From Paraphysomonas bandaiensis (taxonomy: Eukaryota > Protista > Chrysophyceae), in NCBI GenBank assembly GCA_965644295.1, contig CBFFRP010000184.1, positions 74,060 through 138,059 of the forward strand: 64,000 bases of DNA, written 5' to 3'. The notes under the pieces were generated by a model, which worked only from the letters and a program-made list of their open reading frames with translations, had not been told where the DNA came from and searched no databases. The position numbers and the translations under genes were made by a program. This document shows, one piece after another, positions 58,448 to 64,000 of this stretch. Numbering within the stretch: the stretch's first letter is position 1; every line of letters begins with the position of its first letter.

Positions 58448-59033
58448 CCCTTCAACAAAGTCGGACTCGCACCTTTTTGTGATATTTCGGGGAATAAGTA
58501 CCAGAGATATTCCTCCGGGAAACTAATGAGAGCCGCAAACATAGTGAGCAGATAACGATCTGCCCACTCATAGCCGAATGCTTGTGTGGTGCAAGGGACA
58601 TGAATAAGTGTCACTTGTGTAGACGTCTTTGGGCCCTGACGAATAAACAGGCATCCGGGACAGGGCCCACCAGAAGGGTAACCGGGGTATTGGGCTGCCT
58701 GCTGAAGTCAAGCATCTGGGATGTTCACCTTAAGAACTCAAAAAACCTGAAGTCAGCAGATGTCAGGTATATCAACATTCCGCTTGCTCACGGCATTGAT
58801 TTGAGCGATAGTGCGGAGGTGGCTGCACCTTGGTGCTTGCGGCGACGCACAAGCAGCCTCCGTAGCGTTAAATAGTAGATAGTAGGATAATAGAGTTTGT
58901 ACGTTTGTACTAGTTAGCTCATGACCATTAACGGCTACCAGGCCCTGCTAGTTAGCTACAGGTAGACGTCTATCTATTTTTCTTCTAGCTGATTCTTAAC
59001 GCCTATTGCTAATAATAAGGCTTTCAATATATA
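58448..59033 (+). mobile_element. Structured dispersed repeat, type A full-length copy
   Basis: Colinear with 5807-6300; ends AACGCCTATTGCTAATAATAAGGCTTTCAATATATA. A second isolated terminal box follows at ~59141-59178. Confidence 0.85.
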
Positions 59034-59364
59034 AGAAGGGCTAAATAGTTTTTTTTTAAATTTTAGATGGGTGAATTAGATGTGTGGTAATAACGCCATA
59101 TCCTATGTGTAACACTGTTGTTTCATATAATTCGCTAAATTAGCCCGACTCTTAAACGCCTAGTGCTAATAAAAAGACACATACTACGTTCACTACATAT
59201 AATTCCCATTACAGCACATTCAGAGATATCTTACATCGTATGTACAGTTTCACCGTCTATTGCATTAAAAGTTGACAATATCAACTGTAACATTCAGCAA
59301 TACAACCACTGTCGCTACACCACAAAGTCAAAATTTAGACAACTTCACAAACCTTAGATAATCA

Positions 59365-61656
59365 TCAATGAGACGGTGGGTCAGGCAACAATTCACTAGC
59401 GTTTCCAGGGAGAGTTTCATCTTGACCGTCACTGGGCATCGGTTCTACTGGTGTATACAACGTATGTCGCTAAATAATTACAAATGACATTATCACAAAT
59501 ATCATGTAAAGGAATCCTTACCTCTACAGAACAGTGAAAAGCCTTGGGTCGCAGCTCAATTACAGTATTAAGTGGAATCTTTACATACGGCGCTTCATTG
59601 CGTGAAAGACCCATGTAAAACGCATACACTATCCGTAGAATTCCCTAAAATATTTTCATAAACGTCTTAGAACCCAAGGCATCATGTAGTAGGCCCTACA
59701 TACCTGATGTCCAACTATCAACAGTGGCTCCCTTGTGACACAAAAACATACTTTACAGTGAAAATACCGCGCAACAAACACCTACTTGTGGCGTTCCATT
59801 TCGATTATAATAGGCTCAATTCTTGCAATTACATCCAAGTAACTTTCTCCTCTATACATCAGCCGTTATCGTGCCAGACGGTAGATCAACAGTACATGCA
59901 TATACCTGGGATAACGGTAAGCCAGCTTGTCAAGTTGTCGTAATTGATATTCCCCAGGCATGACAGCTTCAATCTCCTCGTATGTCATACCGTCACACAT
60001 TCCTGCCCACCAAGAGCAGCAGCAAAGATGAATAAAATACTAATCACAGTATTTATACATTCAAAAAACCAATACCGGCATATATTTCATCAAGATTGCA
60101 CCACCTACGGGGCCTCATTTGAATCCACTCTATGGTCATATCTGGGTCGTCGATATCCCTGATGGTATGTTTCAAAATATAACGTGTGCACCAATTCTTG
60201 CATTTAAAACAGATACATGTGTATGAATAGTTCCTTGAAAATGACCGAGTCAACTTTCTCACCTTGTGACAATTTTATCATGTGATATAAATTGGGTCGT
60301 GTCTATTGCCCGACGCATAGTGCTGGTCCACAAACGAGCAGGTACCGGCTGGCCTTCCTCATCCTTGGTTATCTGTTGACATGAAAAATGAATTCAAAAG
60401 GATATACGGATGAAAAAACGTACTCTCTGCTCGGAAAATTCGGCCAATTTCTTCGCATAATTTATGCCATGCTCCGAGAGACCACTATCACCACCAATCC
60501 TTCCATGCAGGTTGTATTCCGACTGACCATGCCTGCACAATTCACGTGATGTATTAAAGTGAAATCGAGACCTCTACGTACCGACTAAGATAAAAGGCAT
60601 GAGTAGTAGTGCGCAAATTCATGATGAAATTCACAATCTTCAGTGGTAGATGTCCGCGAACATTGTGAACGACAAAATGGTGCCTTGAGTGATCGCATTT
60701 TAAGAAACTCCATCTACGCTCGACTGGATGGGAAGTACTCATGGGTTGAAATGTTGCAGTATATGTGGCCACCCTCTTTCGGTAATCTACCTCCTACGTC
60801 CAAATAAAAATATACTAAATACAAAGATCACTGCTTACAGCTTCGTAGTCAGACATCCCTTCATAGTCCGGCATCGATTGCACAGCTATCTTGTATTGCT
60901 CAGTGAGGAACGTCGGATTGTTGTTGTCAACTTCTATGAACTGCACATTGACACCCCGTGACCTCATCTACGAGGGGTGTTAGTAATTCGTGGCAAAAAA
61001 AAACGAATCATGTACATGAAATAGAATACTAGTTTACCATTTGACATATGTTAAGTCGCTTCTCATGAGTACCATTAGTTCCGTCTAATATGGCAACTCC
61101 AAAAGATACGTTTTCTAAAAATTCCACCATATCTGACAGTGCTGCTTGATTGCATTTAAGTCGCCACGCCATAGCTTCAGAATTCTTGTCGTTAAACCAG
61201 TCTGCATCCTTGATGGCACCGCACATTCGACGACGGTATTCGCCCAAATTGAATATCTGCACTGGTAAGGCGTGGAAAAACGACAAATATCTGACAAACT
61301 TAAACATTAGCACGCAAATATACATACACTGAGCACACCTCGCTAGTCTGCGGGATATATGAGTCTTTCCTCGAGCTGCAAAAGATATTACTGATAACTA
61401 TGTACAGAGGACTGAGAGGTACCTGGCAGCCCACAGAAACACACGCACAGTTTGTCCGCTTTAATCGGGAAGATGGACAGGGGGATACTGTTCTCAAGAG
61501 TGTGTCCCAGAGCCGCACCTGTCACACACATCCCTGTCATATATACATATACAGATCAATAGGACTGAACTCACTCGCTCCTGGAGCACACTGAGGGGCT
61601 GGGTTATGCGCATTAGCTGATGCCGACAGAGACGGCTGAGACCAAAACGCTGACAT
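59365..61656 (-). CDS. PFKFB: Bifunctional 6-phosphofructo-2-kinase/fructose-2,6-bisphosphatase, multi-exon
   Basis: CGLP|[13 protein letters not shown] (P-loop), [19 protein letters not shown]|HGQSEYN (RHG), LDEIYAG and IPLNTVIEL. Confidence 0.92.
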
Positions 61657-61985
61657 ACCACAGTGTCAGCAGGTGCTCATACGGATGGGCGGTGTGTGTG
61701 AGCTGTGTGTCGGTGTCATATGCGGCTGTATCATGCATCTGTTATTAACATGTCGAAAATCTTGTGAGTGTATACCACACACCGTACCCGTATACGCTGT
61801 AGTCATCCAGATACCATACTCTTGTGTACTGCTATACCGCACTGCACTGTGTACTGTTGTACTTGACCTACCACTGCACAGAGACAGAGGGTGAAAGTAC
61901 GCTGTATGTTAGTTTAGTTCATCTCATTGTGATGCAAGTCATCACAGAGTGGAGCCGAGTGGAATCACTGACCGGACACGTCGCC

Positions 61986-62511
61986 ATGCATATCTTCTTT
62001 AGATCTCTCTTCCTAGTGTACTTTATAACGCATATCCCTATAACTCTTCTAGTGGATCTACAGGTACGAAGATCGGCTGCAGTGGGAGTTAATAATAATA
62101 TCTTTACAGGGGGCGTTTGGAGAGTACTATCCAGATCCGTTACGACAGCTGGTGGCATGGTATGTGCTCACCTTTAAAGATTTTTTGATGGGGTCTAGCC
62201 CCGCATGGTTTCGAAGTTTTCTGTTGTGTGAGGCATTTTTCCAATTGCCGTTGTTCTTTGTTGCGGTGTATGCTATTTGGGAGAAGAAGAACTGGATCCG
62301 AATACCTTTGATTGTTTATGGATCACATGTGTCTACCACAGTAATACCTTGTGTATTCGAGTTCTTCTGTTCGGATAAACTTGAGCCTCATGAAAAGATG
62401 ACGCTGTTCGGTATATATAGCCCCTACTTATTCATTCCACTTATTATAACACTCTACATGTGCTTAAACTCCGAGCCGTTTCATGCTAATAAAACGAAGA
62501 AGATTATGTGA
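61986..62511 (+). CDS. TMEM97: TMEM97 / sigma-2 receptor (EXPERA domain) membrane protein, two exons
   Basis: YFITHIPITLLVDLQ|...PAWFRSFLLCEAFFQLP...IVYGSHVSTT...YSPYLFIPL; C-terminal KKxx-like KTKKIM. Confidence 0.85.
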
Positions 62512-62937
62512 GCGCATATTCAGCTCAGTCATGATCTACTAGTCTTGGTATTGGTCGCATTGCACATATAAATTCGTATATTGTTGCTAGATATATCGAT
62601 ATATGATATACTGTCAAGTATTAAATGTAAATGAAATGCTACCTTATTGCTCATTACTAGCCAATCGACAAGCAACCATACTATGCGATCCCATTTGCGT
62701 TACACGTATAATCTTCACTGTATGCAATACAGTTTTATGGGTGTAGTAGTACTATATATTGAGAATTCAAACACTTACTTTTCCAAAAATCCAACACCTC
62801 GCGAGCGACCCCTCTAATTCGAATTCATTTCTTATTTTCAATGACGCGGTGCTTACCATGCTAAGAGAACTCAAAAAACGTTAACATACTGATTCTTCAT
62901 TTAATAATTATTTGTAAATAAAACCCATAACGAACAT

Positions 62938-64000
62938 CTAACACAAATCAGTGCTTTTCATCCCTGCATCACTATCACTACTAGTTTCAGGGATATGTCC
63001 TGCTACCTTTTTACTGCTGTTTTCATCCTCCTCCCCTCCAACCACCTCTGCGTGAGTTCTTTTCACATTCTCTGTCGTGTCTGTTTTAGTCTTCTTAAAA
63101 AACGATGTGATAGCTCCTTTCCCGCTTACTTCAACAGTTTTCTGTACCATTGCATTTTTCACAGCAGCAGTGGGCTCCTTTGGAACTTTCTTCGGGAGTG
63201 GAAAGTCTTTTCTAAGGAATTGAAGAATAGGATTTGTATGAACAACCTCAAGGACATCGGGAGTTTTCACAGTACGTCGTCGGTTACGAGAAGCCACCTA
63301 TAATGTACATATCAGAACGTAGATGCTTTAATACCGTACAAACTGTATTGACAGAGGATGACGCGTAGTACCTGTGCACTTCGCAGTCCAAGGAAAGCTA
63401 AAAAGAGCTCTGTCGCTTTGGCGATCGCCACCACCGCCTCCTTCTGCAGATTCTTCACATCAGGATCCAGTTTGACTGTCCGCTTTATCCTTGCCTAAGA
63501 GTCATCATCAAATATTTCTACTTCGGCTGAGTTCAAGAAACGTAACTGACCAGAGGGAACACCAACTCTTTGGCGAGTGATTTGGCCTTGCTCAAATCTA
63601 TAGCAGATCCCGCCGCGGGCTTGTGTAAAGCTATCAACCTCTGCTGCTCTTGAGTCTCTTTTATATATCTGCGGTAATTAATAAGATTTAAGTGTGCTGG
63701 TGAATAAATCCCATTTTTTTAATAATACTGACCTCTCTTTATCTGCTGCCGCCTTTCTATCATACACCTCTCGCTCCTCAGGAGATAGAGCTTTAAATCC
63801 CTCACTCAGAGCCTGTGCCATGTCTTTAAATCCGTAGTCGGGATTGGCTTCTTTGATGGCACCACGTTGCTCATTGGAATATATAATCCACGCACTCAGA
63901 GGTCGGCGGATAGTCTGTAAATCCAATTTAAGAGAACCATAGGCATCAGTATGAACTACCTTAGGAACGAACTCATCCTTCTCTACGGCTGTATCCTCAT
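62938..64000 (-). CDS. HMG-box + histone-fold (Dpb3/POLE4/CHRAC/NF-YC-like) fusion protein; 5' end outside window
   Basis: HMG box RRPLSAWIIYSNEQR..IKEANPDYGFKDMAQALSEGFKALSPEEREVY. Spliced histone fold LVFPL|ARIKRTVKLDPDV.....EAVVAIAKATELFL..L....|....RRRTVKTPDV.......LQFL. Confidence 0.8.

Noticed and set aside
58582-58875. 97-aa Cys-containing ORF as a Fanzor/TnpB C-terminus with omega RNA
   Set aside because: No RuvC DRD.NA motif, the frame is broken in the homologous copy at ~5940-6240, and no TIR/IS-type ends are seen. It cannot be fully excluded without full-length relatives.

Overview
Gene-dense eukaryotic nuclear DNA using the standard genetic code, with many short (mostly 42-60 nt) spliceosomal introns. 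The gene content fits a stramenopile or chrysophyte-like protist; that assignment is inference. I can support 20 protein-coding genes: a LamG-domain secreted protein (partial), selenoprotein O, a coiled-coil protein, a stand-alone glutamine-dependent carbamoyl-phosphate synthetase (~45 introns), a PTPMT1-like phosphatase, a vanin/biotinidase-like amidase, a CAMK-type kinase, a DGAT2-family acyltransferase, a CorA Mg2+ transporter, a mitochondrial carrier, a U-box/Sel1 protein, a coiled-coil/WW protein, two putative glycosyltransferases, a large MBD9/BAZ-like chromatin protein, Med22, an ankyrin-RING E3, PFKFB, TMEM97 and an HMG-box/histone-fold fusion (partial). Three observations stand out. 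(1) SelO ends in an in-frame UGA (M-S-U-S-S-stop), followed by a well-formed SECIS hairpin whose apical loop lacks the usual AA. (2) A dispersed, highly structured non-coding repeat family (five copies plus fragments) has a core hairpin with compensatory substitutions, and two different 5' bodies share one 3' tail, like a SINE/LINE pair. (3) Gene strands alternate almost perfectly (18 of 19 junctions); the head-to-head spacers are rich in TACAG/CTGTA/GTAC words, one of them holds a 740-bp (TACA)n array, and the repeats occur only on 3' sides of genes. All exon structures were traced by eye and no database search was run.
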